From positions 160,001 through 224,000 of the forward strand of contig CBFHKU010000002.1 in NCBI GenBank assembly GCA_965656495.1: 64,000 bases of DNA, in the 5' to 3' direction. This document shows positions 38,400-48,939 of the stretch, in pieces. How positions within the stretch are numbered: position 1 is the first letter of the stretch; each line of letters starts with the position of its first letter. A program made the translations under genes and the position numbers. The stretch comes from Coraliomargaritaceae bacterium. GTDB taxonomy: Bacteria > Verrucomicrobiota > Verrucomicrobiia > Opitutales > Coraliomargaritaceae. Under the pieces are notes generated by a model that saw nothing but the letters and a program-made list of their open reading frames with translations, was not told the DNA's origin and searched no databases.

Positions 38400-38432
38400 C
38401 AAAAAAGCCCCCACTTTCGTGGAGGCTTTTTT
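38400..38432 (-). terminator. Terminator hairpin following the duplicated tRNA 3' end
   Basis: AAAAAAGCCCCCACTTTCGTGGAGGCTTTTTT; on the minus strand GCCTCCAC-GAAA-GTGGGGGC plus U-tract. Confidence 0.8.
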
Positions 38433-38540
38433 GGTCGGGGTGACAGGATTGCTACGCCATCTCGCTTCGCTCGTCGAACCTTTAGGTGCGGCTTTCGCCG
38501 CATCGCCGCTGCGCGGCTCCTTTCGAATCCTGTCACCCCG
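38432..38540 (-). repeat. Palindromic tRNA-end module
   Basis: 15-bp inverted arms CGGGGTGACAGGATT / AATCCTGTCACCCCG derived from the tRNA T-arm/acceptor. Ends in ACCA on the minus strand. Internal GCGGC-GAAA-GCCGC and GCGAAGC hairpins. Confidence 0.85.
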
Positions 38541-38549
38541 GACGGACGC

Positions 38550-38580
38550 AAAAAAACCTCCATGGGAGAATGGAGGTTTA
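38550..38580 (-). terminator. tRNA-Pro terminator
   Basis: AAACCTCCAT...ATGGAGGTTT stem with a U-tract on the minus strand. Confidence 0.8.
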
Positions 38581-38583
38581 TTT

Positions 38584-38660
<77 letters not shown>

Positions 38661-38715
38661 TTCCAAAGCCGCGTACGTTCAAGGTTTTGCGCGCAAGTGT
38701 CAATCCTGATTCCAC

Positions 38716-39480
38716 TTAGGCGGGTATTAAATGTGCTTTCATCTCCCGCACGGCGGGTTCGATTCCAACAGTGAGGGCGCGGCTGATGATGGAATGCCCG
38801 ATGTTGAGTTCGTGCAGGTGGGGTATGCTGAGAATTTCGGGGATGTTGGTGTAATTGATGCCGTGACCGGCATTGACGACGAGCCCGAGGGCATGGGCTT
38901 GTTCGGCGGCGCGGACTAATTCTGCGAGGGTTTCGGCACGGCCTTCGTGATAGTAGGCATTGGCATAAGCTCCGGTGTGCAATTCAATCCATGGACTCTT
39001 CAAGGCTGCCGCCATCTCAATTTGCGCGGGGTGCGGGTCAATAAAAAGACTGGTTGCGATCCCGGCTTCGCTCATGGCGGCGACCACTTCGCCGACGCGC
39101 TGGCTTTGTCCCACAATATCGAGGCCCCCCTCGGTGGTGATCTCTTCGCGGCTCTCGGGCACGAGGCATACGGAGTCCGGCTTGAGCCGCAGGGCGTAAT
39201 CAATCATTTCCTGCGTGCAGGCCATCTCCAGATTGAGACGGGTGCGGATGAGGGCGCGGGCGCGTTCGACGTCGGAGTCCTGCACGTGGCGGCGGTCCTC
39301 GCGCAAATGCATGGTGATGCCGTCGGCGCCCGCCTGTTCACAGAGGAGGGCAAAGGCGACAGGATCGGGCTCGACTTCGTCACCGTGATCGAGCGGGTGC
39401 GCGCGGTAACGCGCCTGCCGCACGGTTGCGCAATGGTCGACGTTGACGCCGAGTAGGATTTTATCCTGCGTTGAACTCAT
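38716..39480 (-). CDS. pdxJ: Pyridoxine 5'-phosphate synthase
   Basis: LGVNVDH.ATVRQAR, GITMHLREDRRH, ITTEGGLD, IELHTG, NAGHG, ELNIGHSII. Confidence 0.97.
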   Translation of the reverse strand: MSSTQDKILLGVNVDHCATVRQARYRAHPLDHGDEVEPDPVAFALLCEQAGADGITMHLREDRRHVQDSDVERARALIRTRLNLEMACTQEMIDYALRLKPDSVCLVPESREEITTEGGLDIVGQSQRVGEVVAAMSEAGIATSLFIDPHPAQIEMAAALKSPWIELHTGAYANAYYHEGRAETLAELVRAAEQAHALGLVVNAGHGINYTNIPEILSIPHLHELNIGHSIISRALTVGIEPAVREMKAHLIPA

Positions 39481-39528
39481 TGTGACAAGCTAGCGGGCAT
39501 CCCAAAGACATCAAGACCAAGGGGCCGT

Positions 39529-41064
39529 TTATTCAGCTGGAGCAGCACTGGGCGCCTGGCCGAGGGTGCCGTCGTCGGTGCGGAAGGGAGTCACGGGGAG
39601 GCCGTTGCGATCAAAGAGATTGAGAACGGGGTTCTCCGCCCAACCGTACCGCACCGCAACCGGTTCCGCGATCTCAGGGCTTGAAACCACCACCTGATTT
39701 TTGCCCTCGATACGAGCCTTTCCCCAGCGAAAGACGCCATCGCTTCCGGCAATGGCGAAGCCTTTGACTTCAGCTACATCAAATGCGTAAAGACCGCCAG
39801 CGCTGACGTGATCGAAGGTGACTATTGCCTCGCCATTCTCGATGCGCATCCCGGAAAAGCGCGGGCTTTCCGAGGAAATGTTGTAGCCATAATCCTTGGC
39901 GAGGGCATGGCGTGCAAGGCGGTCGCCCACCGTGCGCTTGTTGCGGGGGTGGATATCGCGACCTTCGCCAATATCAATAATGACGGCTTGTCCGGTATTG
40001 GGAAGCGCGAGGGTGTTGGTTTGGGCTTCGCGCAATTCCGCCCACGATGAGTTCTGCTGGGGTTCGGCTTGCTCCCCTCTGAAGTCTGCGAGTTGCACCC
40101 AGTAGAAGGGGAAGTCGCCTTGCTTCCAATGATCCCGCCAAGTGGAAATCATGAGCGGAAAGAGCTGGTTGTAGGCCGCGGCGCGACCGGCGTTGCTCTC
40201 GCCTTGATACCAAATCGCTCCGCGGATTCCGTAGCCGATGATGGGATGCAAGACTCCGTTATATAAATTGGCGGGGCGATGCTGTCCGGTGCGGATATCA
40301 TTGACCCTGGGAGCGCGACCTTTGCGTCCATTGGCTTTCCATTCCTCAAAAAGAGCGACCTTTTTGGCATGCACTGCGTCGGTGTAAGCTGCGATCTTGG
40401 CATCCCACTCAGCGAGATAAGCATCGGAGTGACCGTCCGCCTCAAGGACATCGCGGGGCACCCAGGCCTCCGCGGCGGATCCGCCCCAGGCGTTATCAAT
40501 CAGCCCAATTGTTACTCCAAGCGCCTGCTTCAAGCGTTGCCCAAAGTGGTAACCCACTGCCGAAAATTCCGCGGCTACCGCGGGGCTTGCGTGCTCCCAT
40601 TGGCCCTTGAAATCATCCTGCGGAATCTGGGTGCCAACCTGTGGAACGGAAATCATGCGGATCATAGGCTCATCCGCGAGCGGGATTTCCAAATCGCCAC
40701 CATCGCTATTACTCAAAGTCCATTGCATATTGGACTGACCCGAGCAGACCCAAACCTCCCCGATCATAACGTCCTCAAAACGCAGTAGGTTGTCGGCCTG
40801 CACTTCCAACACGTGCGGACCACCGGCAGGCATGGCGCGGAGCTTGATTTCCCACCGACCCTCGGGACCGGCGTAAGTCGCGTGGCTTTGGCCATTGATT
40901 TTGACGATGATTCGCTCGCCGGGATTCGCCTTGCCCCAAACCGGATTGAGCTGCTCGCGTTGCAACACCATGTGGTCGCCAAATATATTAGGCATTTGGA
41001 CCTCCGCAAAAAGCAGATTTGCCACGAAAAGAATAATGCAGGAATGAAGAATTGGGGATTTCAT
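39529..41064 (-). CDS. Sialate O-acetylesterase-family (SASA) carbohydrate esterase
   Basis: GEVWVCSGQSNM, WGGS.AEAW, IWYQGESN, FYWVQL, DIHPRNK, PVAVRYGW..PFRTD. Confidence 0.9.
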   Translation of the reverse strand: MKSPILHSCIILFVANLLFAEVQMPNIFGDHMVLQREQLNPVWGKANPGERIIVKINGQSHATYAGPEGRWEIKLRAMPAGGPHVLEVQADNLLRFEDVMIGEVWVCSGQSNMQWTLSNSDGGDLEIPLADEPMIRMISVPQVGTQIPQDDFKGQWEHASPAVAAEFSAVGYHFGQRLKQALGVTIGLIDNAWGGSAAEAWVPRDVLEADGHSDAYLAEWDAKIAAYTDAVHAKKVALFEEWKANGRKGRAPRVNDIRTGQHRPANLYNGVLHPIIGYGIRGAIWYQGESNAGRAAAYNQLFPLMISTWRDHWKQGDFPFYWVQLADFRGEQAEPQQNSSWAELREAQTNTLALPNTGQAVIIDIGEGRDIHPRNKRTVGDRLARHALAKDYGYNISSESPRFSGMRIENGEAIVTFDHVSAGGLYAFDVAEVKGFAIAGSDGVFRWGKARIEGKNQVVVSSPEIAEPVAVRYGWAENPVLNLFDRNGLPVTPFRTDDGTLGQAPSAAPAE

Positions 41065-41212
41065 AATTTGTGGGGTGCTTTGGTTGATATTAGAATGAAA
41101 CTCTTACCGTTAAGCGACGATGAATAAAGAAGAAACCGTCAAAGGCTCTGACGGTGGCTTTAGTGAAATCGCTAAAGTTGACGCCATTAATCGAACTGTA
41201 TACAAATCTTCC

Positions 41213-42031
41213 ATGAAACAATCCCCAATGAATCGGCCTTTTCTGTATAGCGCATTGCTGATGCTTTGCATGACATACCCAGCATTTGCGGTCGATATCC
41301 TCGTAAAAGCCTCCGCACGCGAGGACTATATTCGACCGGTCGACGAGGCGGGCAATGCCAAGAGCGAGACTTATACCTTTTTAAAGGGCAAATACTACCC
41401 CTATGAATACGAAGACCCGGAGGATGAGATTCAGTTTGAGGAAGTCGCCTACGCCCTCAAAAAGGAACTGACCGCCAAGAACTACGTGATGTCTGAGGAT
41501 CCCATGAAAGCGGATTTCATCCTGGTGGTTCACTGGGGACAGACCAACTCAAACCCCGATGTTGAATACTTTGACCTCGCGGTCGACGCCGAGGATCCCT
41601 TTGACCCAATGGCAGAACTGGATGCCTACGAAGCCGATAAACAAGCACGTGAAAATGCGAAAATTATCGGAGCCACCGCCATGTACGACATGCATGTTTA
41701 TTCGCTTAAACGCCAGCAACTCGAAGAGGCCGCCCGCCATGACCGTTATTTCGTGAATGTGATGGCGCTCTCTATCGAAGAAATCCGTAATCGCACCGAC
41801 ATGGAAGTCATGCCTCGCCCGCTTTGGACGCTCCAACTGAGCCTGCCCACCGGGCGCGCTGAACCCACCGAAGCCTTTGGAACCCTCGCCAAAACCGCCG
41901 GACGTTATTCCGGTGAAAATCTCCTCAATGCCGACTTTATCCGCGAGAAGGAAAAACAGGGCATCGTGCGTATCGGCAAACTCGAATTTATCGAGACGAT
42001 TGATACCGTCGACGAGAAGCCTGAAGAATAA
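41213..42031 (+). CDS. Exported hypothetical protein
   Basis: Signal peptide ending AFA; acidic composition; ADFILVVHWG. Start could be 41213 or 41228. Confidence 0.7.
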   Translation: MKQSPMNRPFLYSALLMLCMTYPAFAVDILVKASAREDYIRPVDEAGNAKSETYTFLKGKYYPYEYEDPEDEIQFEEVAYALKKELTAKNYVMSEDPMKADFILVVHWGQTNSNPDVEYFDLAVDAEDPFDPMAELDAYEADKQARENAKIIGATAMYDMHVYSLKRQQLEEAARHDRYFVNVMALSIEEIRNRTDMEVMPRPLWTLQLSLPTGRAEPTEAFGTLAKTAGRYSGENLLNADFIREKEKQGIVRIGKLEFIETIDTVDEKPEE

Positions 42032-42039
42032 AGACCGCC

Positions 42040-43761
42040 CTACTCTGCTAGACGCCAGTCGAGGAGGGTCACTTGGGGTGTCCGCGAGTTTCGCCAGTAG
42101 TTCCACCCGAAGCGCAAAGCCAAATCCACTGGCTCTCCGACCAGCGGCATTGAATCCATCTGCCATGCCACGCCGACGAGTCCCTTTCCTTCACCGGCTG
42201 GCGCCGGTAGTTCAAAACGATAATTGCCCCCGCCCCTGGCAAACGCCTGCGGTGCTTTCTCCAGCACAATACTGCGCAATCCAAATACCGGTTGACGGTT
42301 CTCCTGACCAAAAGGCTGCAGGCGATCCAAGGATTCCAGAAGGCTCGCATTCAAATCACCCGCTTCGAGCCAAGCCGAGAGCTCCAGTTCCGGTTCCGGC
42401 AGACCCTCCGGGCAGATCCCTGCCAGCGCCTCCATAAAACGCTCGCGGAAGGCCTCAATCGCCGACTCGGGCAGAGAAATCCCCGCCGCCATTGGATGGC
42501 CACCCCAATGCTCCAACAAATCATCGCATTGCTGAAAAACTTGCACCAGGTCAACGCCCGCCACGCTGCGACCCGAGCCTTTCGCCATACTACCCTCGCG
42601 ACCCAAGACAACACAGGGCTTGTGAAAACGGCGACTCACCCGGCTCGCGACAATACCGACTACCCCCGGATGCCAATCCTTGTCGTATAAAATAATTCCC
42701 GGCGCATCTGCATAATGAGCCTCCACATGCGCGGCAGCTTCCCCCGCAATTTTGCGTTCGATTACCTGCCGTTCGCGATTGGTCGCTTCCAGTTCCTGCG
42801 CGATGCCACCGCATGCCTTCTCATCGGAACTCAAGAGCATCTCAATCGGTTTACTCGCATCGGCAAGACGCCCGCTGGCGTTGATGCGAGGTGCCAGTTT
42901 AAAGGAAATATCGGTACTTTCCAGCGGTTGGTTGGTCGCCAGCCCGCTCACTTGACAAAGCGCCCGAATGCCAACCCGTCGGTTTGCGCGCAAATGCTGC
43001 AAACCATACCAGGCTAAAATACGATTCTCATCCTGTAGGGGTACCAAATCCGCGATCGTACCCATCGCCACCAAATCGAGATAATCCCTTAAATGCAGGG
43101 ACTCTACCCGTTCATCCTCTGCCTCACGCCGCCGCTTTAAAATTCCGTGCAAAAGTTTAAAGACGAGACCGGCGGTACACAGATTGCGCCAGGGCGCCCC
43201 GGCTTTGTCATGCACATGCGGATTCACGAGAATGCAATCTTCCGGCACCCCCTCCTTTGCCTGATGATGGTCCACAATGATTACATCCGCGCCCAGTTTG
43301 CGCAAATACGAGACCGCCTCGTGTGCATTCGTCCCGCAATCCAGCGCAATAAATAGGTCCGGCACCGAGCCGTCCAGCACCCGGTCAATCGCTTCGTGGC
43401 TCATGCCATAACCTTCCTCCAAGCGCAGGGGCACGGAAAAACGAGGCTCCATGCCCAGCGAGCGCAGAAGACTGACGAGTTGCACGGTGCTCGTTACCCC
43501 ATCCACATCATAGTCTCCAAAAACAACCACCGATTCACCACCCTCCAGCGCCCGCTCAATCCGATCCACCGCAGCCTCAAGATTCGTTAGCGCAAAGGGA
43601 TCCTCAAGGCTTGAAAGTTGCGGCCGCAAGAAACGTTCCGCCGCAGCGACCGTCTCAATCCCGCGTTCCACCAACAATTCCGCAATCACCCGATTCAGCC
43701 CAAGCCCCTGCTCAAGTTCTTTGACCACCGTTGGGTCACATTCATTGGTAGTCCAGTTCAT
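42040..43761 (-). CDS. recJ: Single-stranded DNA exonuclease RecJ
   Basis: GDYDVDGVTS, EGYG, DCGT, VDHH, GTIADLVPL, PRINASGRL, GGHPMAAG. Confidence 0.96.
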   Translation of the reverse strand: MNWTTNECDPTVVKELEQGLGLNRVIAELLVERGIETVAAAERFLRPQLSSLEDPFALTNLEAAVDRIERALEGGESVVVFGDYDVDGVTSTVQLVSLLRSLGMEPRFSVPLRLEEGYGMSHEAIDRVLDGSVPDLFIALDCGTNAHEAVSYLRKLGADVIIVDHHQAKEGVPEDCILVNPHVHDKAGAPWRNLCTAGLVFKLLHGILKRRREAEDERVESLHLRDYLDLVAMGTIADLVPLQDENRILAWYGLQHLRANRRVGIRALCQVSGLATNQPLESTDISFKLAPRINASGRLADASKPIEMLLSSDEKACGGIAQELEATNRERQVIERKIAGEAAAHVEAHYADAPGIILYDKDWHPGVVGIVASRVSRRFHKPCVVLGREGSMAKGSGRSVAGVDLVQVFQQCDDLLEHWGGHPMAAGISLPESAIEAFRERFMEALAGICPEGLPEPELELSAWLEAGDLNASLLESLDRLQPFGQENRQPVFGLRSIVLEKAPQAFARGGGNYRFELPAPAGEGKGLVGVAWQMDSMPLVGEPVDLALRFGWNYWRNSRTPQVTLLDWRLAE

Positions 43762-43883
43762 GGTTTGGGATATCGCTCGCCTCAAGCGCAAAGTATCACA
43801 GTAGCCAAAATCTATGAATCGCCGCAAGACCAAACATCCAAATCACCGCCAGCGAACCGGCTACGTGCTGAAGTAACGCTAAA

Positions 43884-46424
43884 CTAGGACTCTTTGCTTT
43901 GCCATTCGTAGGTCTTGGGAGTCAACTCCCGCTCCTCTACATGTCGGCGATCGCCTTTGTGCCACCAGTAGAAAACCGGACTCGCGATAAAAATCGAAGA
44001 GAAGGTTCCCGTTAGAATACCAACGATAAAGACGAAGGCGAAATCATTGATGACCCCCGCTCCAAAAACATAGAGCGAGACCGCCGCCAACAAAGTGGTC
44101 ACACTGGTCAGGATTGAGCGCGAGAAAACGCGGTTGATTGCGGTCACAATAATCGCCCGTAAATTCGTGCCGGGGTTCAATTCCAGTTCCTCCCGAATGC
44201 GGTCAAAGACCACAATGGTATCATTAATCGAATAACCCACAATCATCAGAATCGCCGCCAGCATGGGAGCGGTAAATTGACCACTGACGAATATGCCAAG
44301 GGCTCCAAATAAAACAAAAATCCCGACCGTCATGAGCACGTCGTGCACCGTCGCAACAACCGCTCCGATGCCGTAACCCATCTCGAAACGCAGCGCCACG
44401 TAGAGCAAAATACCGCCCAGTGCCGCAATCACCGACCAAATCGCATTCCATTGAATGCTGCTCGAAACCGAGGCCCCGATTTGCGTGATCGCTTCTTCCT
44501 CAAGCCCCGCATCGGGGAAGGCATTTTGCAAACCTTCCAGCACAGCACGGCTTTGGTCAAAACGTGTCTGGATCTTCAGCACTTCTCGCTCTTCCCCGAT
44601 TAAAGTCTGGTACACCGGATTGACTTCACCCAAGCCCAATTGCTCTGCAGCGGCGTCCAGTTCACCCCCTTCGATCTTCTCCTCAAAGGCAATCGTCATT
44701 TCGTCACCACCGGTAAAGTCGATACCCATGATATTGTCATGATGCATCACCACGCTCACAATCCCTGCCAGCACCAGTGTCCAGGACGCCAAAAAGGCGG
44801 GACGGCGGTATTTCAAGAAGTCGATCTTCATTTCACCCAAAAGCTTCAAGCCGAGCACCTGCTTGACGCCGGCGCGGTGAATCAGGAAATCGATCAGGAA
44901 GCGCGTAACGACCAGAGCACAGAAAATTGAGGCGCAAATACCGATTGCGAGGGTATATCCGAAGCCCTTGACCGGCCCCGTGCCGAGCCAGATCAAAATC
45001 GTAGCGGTTATCAAGGTTGTTACGTTGGCGTCCACAATCGTGGAAGTCACTTTCTGGAACGCTCCCGCCGCGGCATTTTTAATCGATTTGCCGAGCTTTA
45101 ACTCCTCTCGCAAACGCTCAAAGATCAAAATATTGGCATCGACCCCCATACCCAGCGTCAGCACCAGCGCCGCCACACCCGGCAGGGTCAAGGTCGCCCC
45201 CAGACTCGAAAGCACACCCAGGACAATCACCACGTTTACCAGCGCTGAAAGCACTGCCACAAATCCCCCGATGAAATAATAGAGGATCATGAACGCCACC
45301 ACCAGGAGCGCACCCCATTTAACCGCATTCATGGAGCTGTCACGCGCACCCGCCGCCATTGATGGACCGACTTCATACATCTCATCGACCCGCAACTCCA
45401 CTGCGAGCGGGTTATTCAAAACATTGGCGAGGTCAAAGGCTTCACGCTGCGAGAAACCACCGGTGATTTGCGCATTCCGCGAGAGCACCGAATTCACGAC
45501 CGGGGCAGAATACAACTTCCCGTCCAGCACGATCGCGAGGGGTTTGCCCACCATTTTCTCGGTCACTGCACGCAAAATCTTGGAACCCTCACCCGTCATG
45601 ACAAGGTTCACCTCAAACGATCCGGTGGTGGATTGCGCCGCAAAGGCATCCTCCACTATTTCTCCGGTGGCCTCCGGTATGCGTTTCACAAAAATCCGGC
45701 GTTCCGTGATCTCGCCCGTCATGCGATCCTCCCGCTCTTCTGCCAGTACTTCATAACCCACCGGGTAATCCTTTAATGCAGTGGTGTATGGATCCAGAGT
45801 TTCATGCACCGCGCGAAATTCCAAACGAGCGGGCTTCTTGATAACATCGATGATCTCGGGGTTCTGCTTGGTCGAGGCGCCCGGCATCTGGATTTCGATA
45901 GCATCCTTGCCGCGCGGACGAATTACCGGTTCCGCCACGCCGGAGCCATCCAAGCGGTCCGCCATAATTTCAATCGCATCTTCCAATTGCTCCGCCTGCT
46001 CGTAATTGCTCAGCTCGCTTTGCGCTGATTCGTCGATTTTCATCGTCACACCCACGCCGCCCTTTAGGTCCAGACCCAAACGCAACTGGCTCTGCGCGCT
46101 GCTCAATAAATGCTTCAGGAGTACATCGTTCCGTTTATTACGGTTCGCGATGTCGCGCACTTCAATCTCCGGAAAAAATGCCGCGTAGTCGATTTCCTCA
46201 TCAACCCCAAGTTCACGCAACGCCACAAACAAGGACTTCGATTCCCCCGATGCAACCCGCGACTCCGCCCGTGACATCAATCCATCAAAGGCGTCCAGCT
46301 CCGCAGTCGCTTGATCCCGGATGAAATCCTCAAAGGGCCGATCCTGCAAAGGGGTGATGCTGATAACACACCACCATAGGATGAGGGCAGTTAAACTGAA
46401 TTTCCAAAGAATATTACCGGACAT
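43884..46424 (-). CDS. secDF: Protein translocase SecDF fusion
   Basis: LGLDLKGG, VDANILIFERLREE, GIDFTGG, GYSINDTIVVFDRIRE. Confidence 0.96.
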   Translation of the reverse strand: MSGNILWKFSLTALILWWCVISITPLQDRPFEDFIRDQATAELDAFDGLMSRAESRVASGESKSLFVALRELGVDEEIDYAAFFPEIEVRDIANRNKRNDVLLKHLLSSAQSQLRLGLDLKGGVGVTMKIDESAQSELSNYEQAEQLEDAIEIMADRLDGSGVAEPVIRPRGKDAIEIQMPGASTKQNPEIIDVIKKPARLEFRAVHETLDPYTTALKDYPVGYEVLAEEREDRMTGEITERRIFVKRIPEATGEIVEDAFAAQSTTGSFEVNLVMTGEGSKILRAVTEKMVGKPLAIVLDGKLYSAPVVNSVLSRNAQITGGFSQREAFDLANVLNNPLAVELRVDEMYEVGPSMAAGARDSSMNAVKWGALLVVAFMILYYFIGGFVAVLSALVNVVIVLGVLSSLGATLTLPGVAALVLTLGMGVDANILIFERLREELKLGKSIKNAAAGAFQKVTSTIVDANVTTLITATILIWLGTGPVKGFGYTLAIGICASIFCALVVTRFLIDFLIHRAGVKQVLGLKLLGEMKIDFLKYRRPAFLASWTLVLAGIVSVVMHHDNIMGIDFTGGDEMTIAFEEKIEGGELDAAAEQLGLGEVNPVYQTLIGEEREVLKIQTRFDQSRAVLEGLQNAFPDAGLEEEAITQIGASVSSSIQWNAIWSVIAALGGILLYVALRFEMGYGIGAVVATVHDVLMTVGIFVLFGALGIFVSGQFTAPMLAAILMIVGYSINDTIVVFDRIREELELNPGTNLRAIIVTAINRVFSRSILTSVTTLLAAVSLYVFGAGVINDFAFVFIVGILTGTFSSIFIASPVFYWWHKGDRRHVEERELTPKTYEWQSKES

Positions 46425-46468
46425 GGTCGAGGCCTGCTTGAGGTTGTTAATGCTGCGTTAGAAAAATA

Positions 46469-46795
46469 CTACTCGGCGCTATCGCCGGAACTGACGCGAC
46501 TGCCGACTGATTGCTTGGTGAGCTCGATCTTCACGTTATCCGCGATCCGCAGCACGAAGCTGTTCTCTTTAACATTGGTAATGGTACCGTGAATACCACC
46601 GCTCGTGATAATCGCGTCCCCGCTTTTAAGCTCGGTAATCATTTTATCGTGCGCCTTTTGGCGTTTGCGCTGTGGCGCGATGATCAGGAACCACATACCC
46701 GCAAAAAGCAGGATCAAGGGAAGAAACTGAGCAATACCGGCACCCGATGCAGCTTGTGCCAGCGGAAGGAAATTTGAAAAGGAATAATCTATCAT
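46469..46795 (-). CDS. yajC: Preprotein translocase subunit YajC
   Basis: TM followed by PQRKRQK, LKSGD.IITSGGIHGTI; upstream of secDF. Confidence 0.95.
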   Translation of the reverse strand: MIDYSFSNFLPLAQAASGAGIAQFLPLILLFAGMWFLIIAPQRKRQKAHDKMITELKSGDAIITSGGIHGTITNVKENSFVLRIADNVKIELTKQSVGSRVSSGDSAE

Positions 46796-46869
46796 TTGCT
46801 TAAGGGTTGAAAAGCGGAAGATGCAAGATCACTCCCCCGCAAATGGCAAGCCTTCAAACCACTTGCATA

Positions 46870-47748
46870 TTAAAGGCTCATTCCCAGCGCCAGGAGGATT
46901 CCATAAAGCGCCACAACCCGACCCGCATTACCCAATGCCACCCCAAAAGCAGCGCGACCCGAGGTTCTGCGCAGACCCCTGCTCAAAATAAAACTCCAGC
47001 CGCAGGGCAGCAATGCCAGCAGGACACCCACCCCATAACCCCGCAACCACAGCCAAACCACCACCGATGCCGCCAACGATGCCGAAAAATAAGCGAGCAT
47101 CCGCCCAAAATCGCGTCCAAAGCGTACCAATAAAGTCCGTTTTCCCGCCGCCCGATCCGCCTCTAAGTCGCGGTAATTATTCACCACCAAGATATTATTG
47201 GTCAAAAAACCCGAACCCAGCCCCAGGAGAAGGGCATCCCACGAAACCCCTCCCGCCTGCACATAGTAGGTGCAAAGCACCGCCACGATCCCAAAGAAGA
47301 AAACCACCGCGACATCGCCCCAACCGTGGTAGGCGAGCGGATAAGGCCCACCGGTGTAACACCAGGCGGCAGTCACACACACAAGCCCCACCACCAGCAA
47401 CCACCAACCGCCATAGGCAATTAAAGCCAGACCCAGCAAAAACGCCGCTCCCAGTGTCAACAACGCCGCCCGGCGCATCGCCTCCGGTGTTATCAGGCCC
47501 GCCCCCACCGCACGCTCCGGCCCCAGGCGCTCCGGCCCGTCCGTCCCGCGAATCCCATCGAGGTAATCATTCGCAAAATTCGACCCCACCTGCGCGAGGA
47601 GCGCGAATCCAAGGCATATCAAAGCCGCGCTTGGCAGCCAAAACCCGTCTGCCCCCGCCAATGCCGTCCCCAGTAAAACCGGAGCCGCGCCCGCCGGCAG
47701 CGTTGCCGGGCGGATCGCTTGCAGCCAATGACCCATATTTCCCTTCAT
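46870..47748 (-). CDS. menA: 1,4-dihydroxy-2-naphthoate polyprenyltransferase
   Basis: AIRPATL, NFANDYLD..RGTD, YTGGPYPLAYHGWGD, NNYRD..DRAAGKRTL. Confidence 0.92.
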   Translation of the reverse strand: MKGNMGHWLQAIRPATLPAGAAPVLLGTALAGADGFWLPSAALICLGFALLAQVGSNFANDYLDGIRGTDGPERLGPERAVGAGLITPEAMRRAALLTLGAAFLLGLALIAYGGWWLLVVGLVCVTAAWCYTGGPYPLAYHGWGDVAVVFFFGIVAVLCTYYVQAGGVSWDALLLGLGSGFLTNNILVVNNYRDLEADRAAGKRTLLVRFGRDFGRMLAYFSASLAASVVVWLWLRGYGVGVLLALLPCGWSFILSRGLRRTSGRAAFGVALGNAGRVVALYGILLALGMSL

Positions 47749-47810
47749 ACCGCAAATAGAAGCCGGCACGCGCCGTCCCGCAAACACTTTCACGATTTCA
47801 CGGCCCGTCC

Positions 47811-48512
47811 TCAGTCCTGACTGAACTTCATCGAAAAAGTATGCGACTGCCCGGTCGGTGTAGGCCCGGCGTTGATCACGGAGCGCAAGGCGGCAAGCAC
47901 CGAGGCGTCGAAGGCGGCGTTGCCCGATCCCGGTGAAAAACGTATCTGAGAAATATTCCCTGATGCCGAGACTTGGAAAATCGCCGTCAACTCCAGCGGG
48001 ACGCCCCCCATGTTTGCCGGTTTTTTCCAGGCGGCATCGAGGCGCTGCCGCAGGCGGGCATTGTAATTAGCCAAAGCGTTGATCTGTTGCGGACTCAGTT
48101 CACGGGAGGAAGTGCGCGCTTGCGGGGTCTCGGCATCCGGCACCTTCAAAGTCGGCACTGAAACCGGCGGGCGGACGGCGGGTTGAACGGGGCGCGGTTT
48201 TGGAAGCGGGTTCTGTTTTCGAAAATCGGAAATATTGATGATTTCGCGGGGCTTGGGCTTGGGCCTTGGCTGGGGCGCGGGCTTGACGGGCATCGGCTTC
48301 AAGTCAGGCAAATCAAGCTTTGGCGAATCCTGCACCGTGGGCCGATCCTGCACCACTTGCGATTCCGGCAGGCTGACCATCTCAAAGACATGCACCGATT
48401 TTTTTGGCCTGAAGAAATCCACCAACACAAAAAACACGAGCACCACCAAAGCCGCTGCGTGCAACACCAGCGAAGTCACAAAAGGCGAGTTTTTTGGAAG
48501 GCGAATGACCAT
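47811..48512 (-). CDS. TonB/TolA-like energy transducer
   Basis: SLVLH TM motif, Pro-rich linker, C-terminal SGNAAFDASVLAA. Confidence 0.85.
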   Translation of the reverse strand: MVIRLPKNSPFVTSLVLHAAALVVLVFFVLVDFFRPKKSVHVFEMVSLPESQVVQDRPTVQDSPKLDLPDLKPMPVKPAPQPRPKPKPREIINISDFRKQNPLPKPRPVQPAVRPPVSVPTLKVPDAETPQARTSSRELSPQQINALANYNARLRQRLDAAWKKPANMGGVPLELTAIFQVSASGNISQIRFSPGSGNAAFDASVLAALRSVINAGPTPTGQSHTFSMKFSQD

Positions 48513-48513
48513 T

Positions 48514-48927
48514 CTAATCGACCTTGGTGTCGAGACTGATTTTTGAAAGTTTCCGTTGTTTGATCATGTCAATGACCGTGATGACCCGTTGATACGGCAA
48601 GCCTGCATCGGCACGAATACTCAAGACCGGCGGGTCAGACTGTTGCGCGAAGCTGTCCAATAGATCCGCGAGTTGCGCGGGGCTGACCGACTGCTCACCC
48701 CAAAAATAACGACCCTGTTGGTCGATGCTCACGCTTTGAAAGTCCTCGCGCTCCACGGCCTGCGTGCTCGGCGATTCCACCGGCAGGTCGACTTCGATGG
48801 TCTGCTCCAGCAGCGGGGTTGTTATCATGAAGATAATAAGGAGCGCAAAAGCGAGGTCGATGAGGGGCGTGACGTTAATCTCGGTTAAAGCCGAGAGGCG
48901 GTCTTTGCGATGGAATCGACGTGCCAT
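48514..48927 (-). CDS. ExbD/TolR family protein
   Basis: EINVTPLIDLAFALLIIFMIT, IRAD. Confidence 0.92.
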   Translation of the reverse strand: MARRFHRKDRLSALTEINVTPLIDLAFALLIIFMITTPLLEQTIEVDLPVESPSTQAVEREDFQSVSIDQQGRYFWGEQSVSPAQLADLLDSFAQQSDPPVLSIRADAGLPYQRVITVIDMIKQRKLSKISLDTKVD

Positions 48928-48939
48928 GGGAAAGTGCTC

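Noticed and set aside
41135..41155. ACCGTCA-N7-TGACGGT inverted repeat in the divergent region upstream of the esterase
   Set aside because: Single short occurrence with no adjacent regulator.
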